Part shown: positions 28,101 to 39,318 of the stretch, one piece after another
How the letters are laid out: each line of letters begins with the position of its first letter
Position numbering within the stretch: the stretch's first letter is position 1
Source of the DNA: Candidatus Poribacteria bacterium
GTDB taxonomy: Bacteria; Poribacteria; WGA-4E; WGA-3G
DNA: 64,000 bases
Reading direction: 5' to 3'
Assembly: GCA_965214095.1 (NCBI GenBank)
Contig: OZ243938.1
Location: 320,001 to 384,000, forward strand
Made by a program: the position numbers and the translations under genes
The notes under the pieces: generated by a model
The model's input: the letters and a program-made list of their open reading frames with translations, nothing else
Databases searched by the model: none
What the model was told of the DNA's origin: nothing

Positions 28101-29828
28101 ATGGAAAAAGGAAATAAAATCTGCAGTTCTGTTCATGTCAAAAACCGCGTTGATGTTTATGTCAATTCGTATATTAATTCAACAATGCAGCGTATGCTGA
28201 CATTTTGTTTCTTTGTTTATTTCTTTCTCTTGACAGTGAATATTCCAGCAGAACAACTGCCACAATTCACTGATATCACCAGAGAAGCAGGGATTACTTT
28301 CATCCACAATAACGGTGCATTCGGTAAAAAATATCTGCCAGAAACAATGGGGTCAGGATGTGCTTTCATTGACTATAATAATGATGGATGGCAGGATATT
28401 CTTCTTGTAAATGGAATGGATTGGGAGAATCAGAAAACAGGTAAATCGCAAACACCGGCACTCTATAGGAATAATCGAGATGGAACTTTCGCAGATGTTA
28501 CCACATCTTCTGGCTTGAATAATTCAATGTATGGCATGGGTGTTGCTGTTGCTGATTACGATAACGATGGAGATGATGACATATACCTGAGTTGCCTTAA
28601 CGCAGATAGATTGTTTCAAAACAGTGGGAATGGCACATTTCTGGATGTGACTGAAAAAGCAGGTATTACCAACCCCGGTTTTGGCACAAGTTGTGCTTGG
28701 CTTGATTACAATCAAGATGGACATCTTGATATATATGTGGCGAATTATGTTGAGTGGACAATTGAGACAGACCTTTTTTGCACACTTGACGGCAAAAACA
28801 AATCCTACTGTACACCCAAATCTTACAAAGGTCAGTCAAGTAAACTCTTTCGCAACCGGGGAAATGGAACATTTGTTGATGTATCCCGCCAAGCAGGAAT
28901 AAGCGACCCGTTCAGCAAATCCTTAGGGATATGTATTCTTGATTACAATCAAGATGGTCTCCCCGATATTTTTGAAGCCAACGATACACAACCCAACAAA
29001 TTATATCAGAATAATGGGGATGGAACTTTCATTGAAGTAGGTATGTTGGCAGCGGTGGCATATAACGAAAGTGGTGTAGCAACAGGGGCAATGGGTGTTG
29101 ATGCAGCTGACTATGACCGTATTGGTAGAGAAAGCCTTATCATAGGTAATTTTTCCAACGAAATGTTGAATTTATACCATAACGATGGTGGCTTCTTCAT
29201 TGACGATGCACCTGTAGCACAAATTGGTCATACGAGTCTTTTGACGCTTACATTCGGTTGCTTTTTCTTCGATTTTGACCTTGATGGACATGAGGATATT
29301 TTTACTGCAAATGGGCATGTTGAAACTGATATAAACAGTGTTCAGAGTGAAGTTACTTATGCACAGTCCCCGCATCTATTTCGTAATTTGTCAGATGGTA
29401 AGTTTGCAGATGTCTTGGACAAAGTTGGCAATGATTTAGGTAAGCCTATCGTTGGACGAGGGGCTGCTTATGCTGATATTGATAACGACGGAGACCTTGA
29501 TATACTCGTCACTACATCCAACGGTCCAGCACATTTATACCGTAATGACGGTGGAAATCGTAATAATTGGTTGAAAATAAAACTGGTTGGAAAGAAAAGT
29601 AATCGGAATGGAATTGGCTCACGTATCCGTATAACTTCTGCAACTGGCACACAGACAAAGACTGTAAAAAGTGGGTCAAGTTATTGTTCTCAAAGTGAGT
29701 TGAATGCAATTTTCGGGGTGAAGGACGATACGATAGTTGAAAAAATTGAGGTTACTTGGCAAAGTGGTACTGTGACTACACTCAAGAATAGTAAAGTGAA
29801 TCAATTAATCATAATCAATGAAGAATAA
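28101..29828 (+). CDS. CRTAC1-family protein (FG-GAP repeats + ASPIC/UnbV)
   Basis: DYNNDGWQD/DYDNDGDDD repeats; GRGAAYADIDNDGDLD; NRNGIGSRI...SYCSQS; true start may be ~28185. Confidence 0.88.
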   Translation: MEKGNKICSSVHVKNRVDVYVNSYINSTMQRMLTFCFFVYFFLLTVNIPAEQLPQFTDITREAGITFIHNNGAFGKKYLPETMGSGCAFIDYNNDGWQDILLVNGMDWENQKTGKSQTPALYRNNRDGTFADVTTSSGLNNSMYGMGVAVADYDNDGDDDIYLSCLNADRLFQNSGNGTFLDVTEKAGITNPGFGTSCAWLDYNQDGHLDIYVANYVEWTIETDLFCTLDGKNKSYCTPKSYKGQSSKLFRNRGNGTFVDVSRQAGISDPFSKSLGICILDYNQDGLPDIFEANDTQPNKLYQNNGDGTFIEVGMLAAVAYNESGVATGAMGVDAADYDRIGRESLIIGNFSNEMLNLYHNDGGFFIDDAPVAQIGHTSLLTLTFGCFFFDFDLDGHEDIFTANGHVETDINSVQSEVTYAQSPHLFRNLSDGKFADVLDKVGNDLGKPIVGRGAAYADIDNDGDLDILVTTSNGPAHLYRNDGGNRNNWLKIKLVGKKSNRNGIGSRIRITSATGTQTKTVKSGSSYCSQSELNAIFGVKDDTIVEKIEVTWQSGTVTTLKNSKVNQLIIINEE

Positions 29829-29865
29829 TCCAAAAAGTATGCCTAATATATAATACTATTGTGCA

Positions 29866-30285
29866 TTATAAATCAAATATTACTTGTGCTTCCCAATCAC
29901 CGTCTGTGTTTTGAACGACATATAATTGGTGATATGTTACTGCTTTAATTTCAGTATATACGATATGTTTGTCAAAATCTGTGGGTTCACCGTACACCTT
30001 AGCGATTAATTCTGTTGAACTGATTGATGTTATTTCAACGCTCTTGAAGAACATCTCTTCTGTTTCATGTTTGAAAATCAATTCATCTAACCATGCAACT
30101 AATAGCATTTCAACCGTATCGGATTCAAGTTTAACATCCAATGATGTAGTTTCATCAATTGAATCAATAACAGCTATCATTTCAAATAATCCTTGTGCTG
30201 CATTAGTAAAGAGAGAATGTAGAGAATCACCCCTAACAAGCATCCCCGCATCTGCAGTATGTTCTATGTATTCAAATGGTTTCAT
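29866..30285 (-). CDS. archease
   Basis: FEYIEHTAD, EIKAVTYH and terminal IFDL. Confidence 0.92.
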   Translation of the reverse strand: MKPFEYIEHTADAGMLVRGDSLHSLFTNAAQGLFEMIAVIDSIDETTSLDVKLESDTVEMLLVAWLDELIFKHETEEMFFKSVEITSISSTELIAKVYGEPTDFDKHIVYTEIKAVTYHQLYVVQNTDGDWEAQVIFDL

Positions 30286-30382
30286 AGTTATAGGAACAGA
30301 ATCATCAATTCAAGATTAAGTTTGAGATATTATAGACAAGAAACTATTTTGTGTCATCAACATTTTCTATAGGAAGCTAACA

Positions 30383-33300
30383 ATGCGTAGTTCTTTTCTT
30401 CGGCATATTAAACGAATATGTTTCTACATTCTCATAGGATTGTTCTGTCTTATAACGTGTGATTTACTTGCAGAACCTTGGAAATGTGGTACTCCGCTCT
30501 TATGTGAGAATTTTACACATGAACATAACGAAGACATTATCAATACCATTGGGATCTCTTCTTTACAAGCTGCACCCGCAGAAATAGGTCAGACCAATCG
30601 GTTCTTTGTACACATACCGGAAGCATCAATTGACGCAACATGTGTTGCGGTTGGAAAGTACTGTTATATCTTCGTTGAAGACACTTATAAAAATATGCTG
30701 ACTGAAAATCAAGCCAAAGATGTCGCTGATACTTTTGATACAGAGATATATCCCAAAGTTCACCATTGGATCGGTTCAGAAACACAACCTGGTTTAGATC
30801 GCGACAACAGAATAACCTTATTATTCCATGATGTAGGTATGAATCAGTCAGGACAAAATTATGGTGGATATTTTTCTCCTGCCGATCTTCATCCTACGCA
30901 TCCGACAAGTAACAGACGAGACATTGTTTATATGGATATATTTCAGTATAAACAACGAAGCAGACTTACCTTCAACAGTATACTTGCCCACGAATTTGCA
31001 CATCTAATCAACTGGTATCAGAACGGTGGCACATCAGACCAACGGTGGTTAGAAGAAGGAATCGCATCCTTCACTGAATGGGGGATATATGGATATGTTC
31101 ATACAATCTTTGTAGATGGATATCTTGCTGACCCAAGCATCTCTTTGACAACGGCTAACACGCTTGATTCATATTACGGAGCTGCGTTTATGTTTCTGCT
31201 ATACCTATATGAGAACCATGGCGGGATCAATTTCATTCGCAGACTTGCAGATGAAGATAAACTTGGTTTACCAGCGATTGATACATCTTTAGCAGATAGT
31301 GAGAATCTGATTTCTATCTTCCTCAATTGGGCAACTGCAAATTGGTTAAACAACTCAAAATATGGAAAGAATCTTAACTACCAAAATCTGCTAAATCGTA
31401 AAGTCACTAATCGCACACCACAGGTGATTCAGTATCCAACGACATCAGATAACATACATGTTGATAGTTGGGGCGTAAGATATATACTCTTTAGAAACCT
31501 ACCGCCAAAATTTGAATTGACCTTAACTTCAAACAAGGATGCATATCTATATGCAAATGTTGCTTATTTTTCACCAGATAGAAACCAACCATTTATCAAA
31601 TCAGTTTTACCTATATTTGATGAGAACGGAGTAGAAAGCAAACAAATCAACAAAATAGAGATAGGCAACCTAAACCACGACGGTGAGATCCTTTTAATCG
31701 TCACGTCTGAGTATCCACAAAGTTTTCAATACACTGCGAAACAAGATGACGCAATTACTACGATAGACATTGAAAAACTAATACAGACTCATCAACGGAA
31801 TTATAATCACTCTATTGAAAATTGGTTTCCACTTACAGATACATATCATCCTCAAAGCAACACACAACCGATATATTCAAACGAAAATAATGGATTCTCT
31901 TTAACCCCGACCAATCAATCTATTGAACTTGAACCTGTCTCTCAAATACATCTCTCCAGCAATTACAATGAGATTTTGATAAGAGACAATATTGCTTACG
32001 CAAGCAGTGGTTGGGGCATAGAGATATTTTCATTGACTCCTACCCCAATTCTAATCGGAGAAATTGCCACACCAGGACATGCACAAGCACTGACTCTTGA
32101 TGAAGAACATATATTTGTCGCAGACGGTAGAACAGGTGTTCTGATGATTGAGGCTGATCCTCCATCCACACCACGGATTATAAAATCATTGGGCGGATTT
32201 CATGATGCAAGGGATGTACATTTTGCTGACGAGAAACTATATGCCCTTGATGCCCTACGCGGTCTATTGATATTCAACAAGCAGGATTTAGAAAAAAACG
32301 ACAAACCACAGCCCCGCCAATCTTTTAAAACGGATGGCACTCCACTAAAGGTATCAACAAGCGATGAAGGGAAAATATATCTTAGTGATAATGCAAGGGG
32401 GCTATACATTCTGACACCTGATAACCTTGGTGGATTCACAATATCAAACACCGTTCCGTTACTTATTCCAGATTTTCATGTTCTAGGGACATTTGTCCTT
32501 GCTGCATCAGGTGATCTACAAGTTGTGAATATGGCAAATGTTTTTGATACAAATATCATTTCTCGTGCTAATACGCCTGGTAATGTGACTTCAATTAACT
32601 TCTTTCAAGGATTACTGTATTTAACCGATAGACAGTCGGGACTGCTTGTTATAAATGTGGATAACACCCAAACACCTCGTGTGATTTCATCACATCCGAG
32701 TATCGGTAATGCCGAAGATATTGCCCTCCGATATTCAGTTGAGGATAAGAAAACATACGCTCATATAGCAGATGGCATCGGTGGGATACAGACGCTTGAT
32801 GTCTCACTACCAGAAAAACCGATATGGGAAAACCATTATAATGCTAAAGGTACTGCTTATGCCCTTGATGTAATAGACAATGGAGAAAACAAAACTGTTG
32901 CTATAGCAAACGGGACTGGTGGTATAAGAATTGCGGAAATGGATGGACCATTTACGGGCAAAATTGTTAACGAAATCCGTTCTATTCCAGGTGAACAAGG
33001 AGCATTATGTATCAAAATACTCGACCAATTTGCCTATGTCGGTTCTGATAGAGGTCTGTCGGTAGTAAGTATTGTTACAGGAGAAATCCTGACACATATT
33101 CGCACGCAACATCCGGTATGGGATTTAGCATTGATCCAGAATTATGTATACCTATGTACTAGATCTCTTATTGTTGTAGACAATTCAATTCCAGAGCAGA
33201 GTCATATCGTTTCACAACGGACAGTTCCAGGTACAGCATACAGAATTACCAATGATGAATCTCATGCCTACATAGCAGCACTTGAAGGCGGTGTTCAAGT

Positions 33301-34030
33301 GTTTGATATATCTGAACCTAACCAGCCGCGCCACATAACTTCTTTCGCAACAGTTGGTTCTGCTACAAATGTAGTTATTGACAGTAAGAGACTTTTTGTA
33401 TTAGACAATCAAAATGGTGTGCTTCAGATAGATACGCAAAATCCTGACCAACTCTCATTAATTGATGAATTTAATGATACGCAATTGCCTATTGCTGCTG
33501 TAGTAAGCGATAATTATCTATATCTACTTGACATCGATACACTCCAAATTATTGACACACGGACTATGACACGTCTGACAAGATATTCACAATTTCAATC
33601 GCCTACCGACATTATATCAATGGATTCTGCCCTATATGTTACCGACAAACACCAACTCAAGATCTTTCGGATAAATACCGAACGTAATAACCTTGCAGTT
33701 GAAGAAAATCCCAAAAATTACGCAAAACAGACAACACAAATTTCGTTAATACAAAAAAATGAAGTACTACAGAACTATCCAAACCCTTTCAATCCTGAAA
33801 CCTGGATTCCCTATACACTTGCCACACCTACCGATGTGTCTCTCTCAATTTATGATTCTAATGGACATCTAATTCTACAAGAATCATTAGGATTTCACCA
33901 ATCAGGAAAAAACATCGCCTTTTGGGATGGAAATAATGCACTTGGGGAACCAGTCGCAAGTGGAATCTACTTTTACAAGTTGACTACTAAGGAGTTTTCA
34001 ACAATGAAAAAAATGGTTTTGCAACGGTAG
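30383..34030 (+). CDS. secreted zinc metallopeptidase (M30/M6-like) + LVIVD repeats + FlgD-Ig/T9SS-like C-terminal domain
   Basis: HEFAHLI...WLEEG; AYIADG/LxVIxV repeats; LQNYPNPFNPETWIPY...WDG.N..GE.VASGIYFY. Confidence 0.8.
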   Translation: MRSSFLRHIKRICFYILIGLFCLITCDLLAEPWKCGTPLLCENFTHEHNEDIINTIGISSLQAAPAEIGQTNRFFVHIPEASIDATCVAVGKYCYIFVEDTYKNMLTENQAKDVADTFDTEIYPKVHHWIGSETQPGLDRDNRITLLFHDVGMNQSGQNYGGYFSPADLHPTHPTSNRRDIVYMDIFQYKQRSRLTFNSILAHEFAHLINWYQNGGTSDQRWLEEGIASFTEWGIYGYVHTIFVDGYLADPSISLTTANTLDSYYGAAFMFLLYLYENHGGINFIRRLADEDKLGLPAIDTSLADSENLISIFLNWATANWLNNSKYGKNLNYQNLLNRKVTNRTPQVIQYPTTSDNIHVDSWGVRYILFRNLPPKFELTLTSNKDAYLYANVAYFSPDRNQPFIKSVLPIFDENGVESKQINKIEIGNLNHDGEILLIVTSEYPQSFQYTAKQDDAITTIDIEKLIQTHQRNYNHSIENWFPLTDTYHPQSNTQPIYSNENNGFSLTPTNQSIELEPVSQIHLSSNYNEILIRDNIAYASSGWGIEIFSLTPTPILIGEIATPGHAQALTLDEEHIFVADGRTGVLMIEADPPSTPRIIKSLGGFHDARDVHFADEKLYALDALRGLLIFNKQDLEKNDKPQPRQSFKTDGTPLKVSTSDEGKIYLSDNARGLYILTPDNLGGFTISNTVPLLIPDFHVLGTFVLAASGDLQVVNMANVFDTNIISRANTPGNVTSINFFQGLLYLTDRQSGLLVINVDNTQTPRVISSHPSIGNAEDIALRYSVEDKKTYAHIADGIGGIQTLDVSLPEKPIWENHYNAKGTAYALDVIDNGENKTVAIANGTGGIRIAEMDGPFTGKIVNEIRSIPGEQGALCIKILDQFAYVGSDRGLSVVSIVTGEILTHIRTQHPVWDLALIQNYVYLCTRSLIVVDNSIPEQSHIVSQRTVPGTAYRITNDESHAYIAALEGGVQVFDISEPNQPRHITSFATVGSATNVVIDSKRLFVLDNQNGVLQIDTQNPDQLSLIDEFNDTQLPIAAVVSDNYLYLLDIDTLQIIDTRTMTRLTRYSQFQSPTDIISMDSALYVTDKHQLKIFRINTERNNLAVEENPKNYAKQTTQISLIQKNEVLQNYPNPFNPETWIPYTLATPTDVSLSIYDSNGHLILQESLGFHQSGKNIAFWDGNNALGEPVASGIYFYKLTTKEFSTMKKMVLQR

Positions 34031-34374
34031 GATAGGTGAAAAGTCTACTAAGACTTAGTGTTTCAACCTATGGCATATAACCTTGTATACTGAACATCCA
34101 TGTAACCCTGTAATAATTGTAAACGTTAAAATGCATAGAATGGAATATAGTTTATTCACATAAATACTTAGTAAATTAAATGTTTCCTCAGTGCAAGTTA
34201 GACATTTTGATGTCGTTCTTACAACGTTTACATGCTATTTCTCCGAACGGAAATAATTAAAATTGGGTAGGTTAGTATTACCGTTTGTCATGGCTTTCAA
34301 TCTGTTTAATAGTTAACGCGCAGATAAGACCAATAATATATGCATAATCAGAATCTGTCAAAGGAGATAATCGG

Positions 34375-36039
34375 ATGGTAACGAACAGTGTATCGGGAAG
34401 TTTTAGAGGCATAGAGATTAATTTTATCAACAACGGACCTCATATCGTTATGAGTGTTCTAAATACAACAGATGAAGGTAAACGACTTCGTGTGATGTTT
34501 CAACAACAGCCAAGAAGTGGACGTGTTAATTGGACAACCTTTCAGTTAACAGGTCAAACCCAAGAAGTGATTGTCCCATCAGAGGTCATGCAATCGCACA
34601 AATTAGCATTTTATGTTGACGATCATGAACCGATTGCCACATATACAGATAAAATTATAGAAGAATTAAAGCAGATACAGGAAAACAGTAACTTGGAGAA
34701 TACTCCTAATGCATCTGTGCCAGAATTGGAACAGCAAACCCCTTTACTTACCAAAAATGATGGAACTGATACTCTAATTAACAACACAGATTCTCTAAAC
34801 AGTACAACTGATTCTCATGCAGATGACATCGATAATCCAATAATTGAGGCAAAAACTGATCAAACTAATTTGCACATATCTGATTCCGTTGAAACAGACC
34901 TAACAGATACAAAGGCAGATGATCTTGAGCAAAATGGAATAGCTCAGAAAGATACAGATACTTCCTCAACAACAACTGAGAATATTAACACTGCGGGTAT
35001 TTCTAATGGTTCTCAAATGAAGGAGCAGGTTGACTTAAAAGATCGGTTACTATCTGAATTGACACTTGATACATCAACAAATGGAAACCGTAAAACGAAT
35101 AGCACCAATAGACCTGTTGCTGATGTAAATACTGAACTACAATTTAGAATTAAGGTCCCATCTCTGCCTAAGAGCGCATCAAAGGAAAAACCAACATTTG
35201 TTCCAACGCAATCAGTACAACTAACAGGAACTAAACATCAGAAACAGGGATTTTTTGGAAATTTGGCTGGAGCATTCGGACTATCGTTTGCAAATAAGAA
35301 GCAATTCTATTTGGAGCAAAACAAACATTTGCACGAAAGATTTCATGCTGATTTGGAAAAAATAGAGAATGACTACAACAATGGTTATGGTATTCCACTT
35401 GAATCTTGGAATATAGAAGCGTTAAATGAACAACAAGCAGCAGTTTTTCTGTTAAATCTTATGGTCAATGAGATAAGTGATTGGAAGAAGGATGCTAAGA
35501 AAGCAAATTCAACTAAAAAAACACTCGCTATATCTCTTGAGGAGATTGAAAAGGAACTCAAACAAACCTTGAAACACACCAGAGGTATAAATGCACCTTC
35601 ACCCACACTGTTTCCAGATAGAAACGCCGCCTCTGATCAAGATTTGGAACGCATCCAAAAAGACTGTGATAGTTACATACAACGTTTCTCGGAAAAATTA
35701 TCTACACTTGAACAGAAACACGCGGAAAAAGTCAGAATTCCGGCATTCAAAAAGTTCCTATTGGAATTTGTACGTGATAGATTATTTCCCACAGTCGCAG
35801 AATTTACTACGCTTAAATCAGTACAGACAAGGTTAAGCTGGTTTCTTGATTTAGTTGACTATGAACTAATGCCGATTGAGCCGGGGGTAACCAAGTTTTC
35901 TCCAGACATCCATGAACTTAAAGATGTATGCAGCAGTGATTTTGATCCTGATACCATCGTTGAAGTTGTCACACCTGGTTTACAATTGAAGGGTGGGAAA
36001 CGGATAGTACAGAACGCCGTTGTGATTCAAGCGGAGTAA
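34375..36039 (+). CDS. large protein with C-terminal GrpE-like domain
   Basis: Helical region then PIEPG.TKFSPDIHE...TIVEVVTPGLQ...IVQNAVV; acidic/Thr-rich linker. Confidence 0.55.
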   Translation: MVTNSVSGSFRGIEINFINNGPHIVMSVLNTTDEGKRLRVMFQQQPRSGRVNWTTFQLTGQTQEVIVPSEVMQSHKLAFYVDDHEPIATYTDKIIEELKQIQENSNLENTPNASVPELEQQTPLLTKNDGTDTLINNTDSLNSTTDSHADDIDNPIIEAKTDQTNLHISDSVETDLTDTKADDLEQNGIAQKDTDTSSTTTENINTAGISNGSQMKEQVDLKDRLLSELTLDTSTNGNRKTNSTNRPVADVNTELQFRIKVPSLPKSASKEKPTFVPTQSVQLTGTKHQKQGFFGNLAGAFGLSFANKKQFYLEQNKHLHERFHADLEKIENDYNNGYGIPLESWNIEALNEQQAAVFLLNLMVNEISDWKKDAKKANSTKKTLAISLEEIEKELKQTLKHTRGINAPSPTLFPDRNAASDQDLERIQKDCDSYIQRFSEKLSTLEQKHAEKVRIPAFKKFLLEFVRDRLFPTVAEFTTLKSVQTRLSWFLDLVDYELMPIEPGVTKFSPDIHELKDVCSSDFDPDTIVEVVTPGLQLKGGKRIVQNAVVIQAE

Positions 36040-36042
36040 CAC

Positions 36043-37056
36043 GTGATTACCCGACAAGCTCTTCTACAAAGAATTGCAAAAATCCCACAAGTTGATATAG
36101 GACATTTTCCAACGCCTCTTGAGGAGTGTCCGCGTCTATCTGACGAACTTGGCGGTCCACGCATTTATATCAAGCGCGAAGACTGTTCTGGTTTGGCTAT
36201 GGGTGGAAACAAAGTCCGTCAACTGACTTTTACAATTGGAGATGCAGTTTCACAAGGTGCTGATACAATCGTTCATGGGGCAGCATCTCAATCCAATCAT
36301 TGCCGACAAGCTGCCGCAGCTTGCAATAAACTCGGATTAAATTGTTACCTACGCCTTGCACGAGATCATAAGAGTACCAACCAGGGCAACCTTCTTTTGG
36401 ATAATCTGTTTGGTGCTGATGTAGAGATCGTAGACCTTCCGTTTGGTCCTGAATTAGAAGAATCTAAACTTGAACTTGCTGAGGAGTTAAAGTCAGAAGG
36501 TTTAAAACCTTATGTCGTTACTTCACCTCGTTCAACGGCACTTGCAGCAGTTGCTTTCACTTGGTGTATCGCAGAAATACACGAGCAACAAGAACATAAG
36601 GGAATAGAGGCAGATTATCTATACACTGCATCGGTCGGTGGTACACAAGCAGGATTGGTGTTAGGATCGAAAGTTCTGGATATGAAACTAAAACCTTACG
36701 GAATTGCTCCAATCCATTGGGAGGGGAAATATGACCGTATAAGCAACGCTGCGAATTCAGCTGCATCACTATTAGAGATTGATATAAATATCTTGAATAC
36801 AGATATACAAAATAGTGATGATTATATTGGAGAAGGATACGGCTATCTCACGCCAGAGTGCATCTCGGCACTTAAATTGGTTGCAAGGACAGAAGGAATT
36901 ATTCTTGATCCAGTCTATACTGCCAAAGCGATGGCTTGTTTAATTCAACATATCAAACAGAACAAATTTGATAAAAACGATACTGTAATCTTTCTACATA
37001 CTGGAGGAACACCAGCCCTCTTTGCATATAATGATGAACTATCTGATGATGTTTAA
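36043..37056 (+). CDS. D-cysteine desulfhydrase / ACC deaminase family PLP enzyme
   Basis: KREDCSGLAMGGNKVR, QSNH, GGTQAG, LDPVYTAK and HTGG motifs. Confidence 0.9.
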   Translation: MITRQALLQRIAKIPQVDIGHFPTPLEECPRLSDELGGPRIYIKREDCSGLAMGGNKVRQLTFTIGDAVSQGADTIVHGAASQSNHCRQAAAACNKLGLNCYLRLARDHKSTNQGNLLLDNLFGADVEIVDLPFGPELEESKLELAEELKSEGLKPYVVTSPRSTALAAVAFTWCIAEIHEQQEHKGIEADYLYTASVGGTQAGLVLGSKVLDMKLKPYGIAPIHWEGKYDRISNAANSAASLLEIDINILNTDIQNSDDYIGEGYGYLTPECISALKLVARTEGIILDPVYTAKAMACLIQHIKQNKFDKNDTVIFLHTGGTPALFAYNDELSDDV

Positions 37057-37071
37057 ATTAGGTAATGAACG

Positions 37072-37854
37072 TTAAGTTCTTTTTTCATAATGAACAAATT
37101 CATCCGATTCCAATCTTACAGACTCCCCTTTCTCCAAATCCATATACCCCAATCTTAATAGTGTCATGACTTCATAGTATTCCGGAATATTAAAGTGTTT
37201 GCGTATGCTATCTCGATCCGTTTCACTTTCTAATGGAGCACTGACAAATTGCACGCCAATTCCGAGGGCTGTCGCTCCCAGAAGCATATTCTGAATCAAC
37301 ATTCCCATACTTAACCACATCCATCTGCTTGCACCTTCGCCAGGGGGTTTTCTTTGTGTATTCATCGTAATTAATATTAACAAAGGAGCTTCACGCACTT
37401 GGGTTGCTATCTCATTTGCTGGCAACTTTCCTGCACCTAAATGTCCCAATATTGTCAATGATTTGGCTCTCTTTAACAATGATTTTAAAAGACTACCAGT
37501 TAGTTTCTTTGGCGCATTCTGTAACATCTTTGGTAATGTGACATGGTCAGTTAATAGAACTCCATCCCCACGTTCTTTCCATTCCGTTTCATCTATACAC
37601 ATCCAATTACTATTATCGTCCAAAAACTGAGAATCTTTGAACTGTTCAACAATGGCTTGTTCAGTCATATTTGCAAGTACTTCTTTTCCCTTAAATTCCT
37701 TGATAATTAGTAATTCCCACGGTTGTACATTAAAGGGAGAAGGAGTCCAACGAGCTGCCTCAATTATACGATTCAAGTCAGCATCCTCAATTGGACGATC
37801 CGCGTATTCTCCACGATAACTCCTGCGTTGCATAATGGCTTCAAATACGTTCAT
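37072..37854 (-). CDS. nitroreductase family protein
   Basis: RRSYR, AARWTPSPFNVQPW and QNMLLGATALGIG motifs; start MNVFE. Confidence 0.85.
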   Translation of the reverse strand: MNVFEAIMQRRSYRGEYADRPIEDADLNRIIEAARWTPSPFNVQPWELLIIKEFKGKEVLANMTEQAIVEQFKDSQFLDDNSNWMCIDETEWKERGDGVLLTDHVTLPKMLQNAPKKLTGSLLKSLLKRAKSLTILGHLGAGKLPANEIATQVREAPLLILITMNTQRKPPGEGASRWMWLSMGMLIQNMLLGATALGIGVQFVSAPLESETDRDSIRKHFNIPEYYEVMTLLRLGYMDLEKGESVRLESDEFVHYEKRT

Positions 37855-38899
37855 TCTGATTCCTATATCTTTCCAGAATCTCATCTGGGTTGGCAACGCC
37901 AGTAGTTCCAATTTTTGTAATTGTTATTGATGCAACCAAGTTTCCAACATAAGCAGCTTCAACTGCATTCTCTTTCCCCATACTACAAAGTGTTGATACT
38001 ATTCCTGCTGAAACACTATCTCCTGCACCTACAGGATCAATCTTTTCATCAATCTCTATTCCTGGAATATGTGTAAGTTGATCGTTCTGATTGACAAGAA
38101 GTCCATTTTCACCAAGTGTTATGAATATTGTATCTTGCGTTTTCTCAGCAAGTTTTTTCGCACAAGTTTTGGCACTCATTAAATCGACATTTTTTCCATC
38201 CCAATGTGGATCAAGGGCTCGTTGTGCTTCAAAACGATTCGGTTTTATGATTACGTTCTGATATTTTCCAATACGGTTCCTTGAGTCTGCGAGAAACATC
38301 TTCTCTGGATATGATGCAGCTAACATACACAATTCTTCACGGACTCTTTCAGTGATGACACCGTAATTCTCATGTGCCATCTGATCTCCAATGATAATAC
38401 CATCTACATTTGGGATACATGCATATAATGAATTGAGTATCTCTTTTTCTACCTTTTCTGACATTGGATTTCTGTTTTCAATATCAAAACGCGGTCCTTC
38501 GTTTTCTATATCTTCATAGCCACGATGGATCGGTTTCAAATATGTCGGTGTTACACATTTAGGATCAGAAATCATATAATCTGTAATACAACCACTTTCA
38601 TTTAACTCTTTTAGTAAAGTTTGTCCAAAACCATCTTCTCCGATAACACCGAGGGTATAGACCTGTCCTACACCCAATGCCTTTAAGTTATTTGTGACAG
38701 TTCCTGCTGCCCCCGGACTATATCGTTGGTCAATCACCGGATTCGTATGCCATGGTGTTTCTAATGATAGTGTTGAACGGGTTTTGTCTATATACCAATA
38801 GGCATCCAGATAGAAATCACCGATTACAAGGATCCTTACATCTTTAAATCCTGATAATAGAGATTGTAGTTCCTCAACTGTTAGCAAATTGCACTCCAA
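37841..38899 (-). CDS. PfkB-family carbohydrate kinase (RfaE/HldE kinase domain-like)
   Basis: ILVIGDFYLD, SLE.P, PGAAG, KPNRFE, ITLGENG and DPVGAGDS motifs. Confidence 0.85.
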   Translation of the reverse strand: MECNLLTVEELQSLLSGFKDVRILVIGDFYLDAYWYIDKTRSTLSLETPWHTNPVIDQRYSPGAAGTVTNNLKALGVGQVYTLGVIGEDGFGQTLLKELNESGCITDYMISDPKCVTPTYLKPIHRGYEDIENEGPRFDIENRNPMSEKVEKEILNSLYACIPNVDGIIIGDQMAHENYGVITERVREELCMLAASYPEKMFLADSRNRIGKYQNVIIKPNRFEAQRALDPHWDGKNVDLMSAKTCAKKLAEKTQDTIFITLGENGLLVNQNDQLTHIPGIEIDEKIDPVGAGDSVSAGIVSTLCSMGKENAVEAAYVGNLVASITITKIGTTGVANPDEILERYRNQNERI

Positions 38900-39318
38900 A
38901 TCTTTGCATTCTCAATTTATCCTTTATTATATCACAATCCTTGTTCTGTTGAATGCAAAAATGCAAGGTTATTTTACGTAGGAGAGAACTCCGATTCCAG
39001 ACAGTCTACTCCTTATTCGGAGTTGCTTTTTCTGATGGATTCTGATACAATAGTTGGATAAGCGAGAACATCTGAAAAGCAACTCACTTTTTTGTCTTCA
39101 GTTAGGGGTAAATACCCCCTAACTTCTTACCAATATTATACTACATAAACTCTGTCTACACAAGGGTTAATTACACTCCTTTAAACATTTTTATTCAAGT
39201 CCAAAACAACTAATTCCGAATAGTATTTTCACAAAACACAGAAGGGTATAGGTTAACACCCTTCTATAAACAACCTGATTGCATATTGTGATCAGAAGTC
39301 CATAAAGAGGAGTTCTTA

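Noticed and set aside
29866-30285. RNA-repair operon around archease
   Set aside because: No rtcB or rtcA adjacent; a standalone archease is unremarkable
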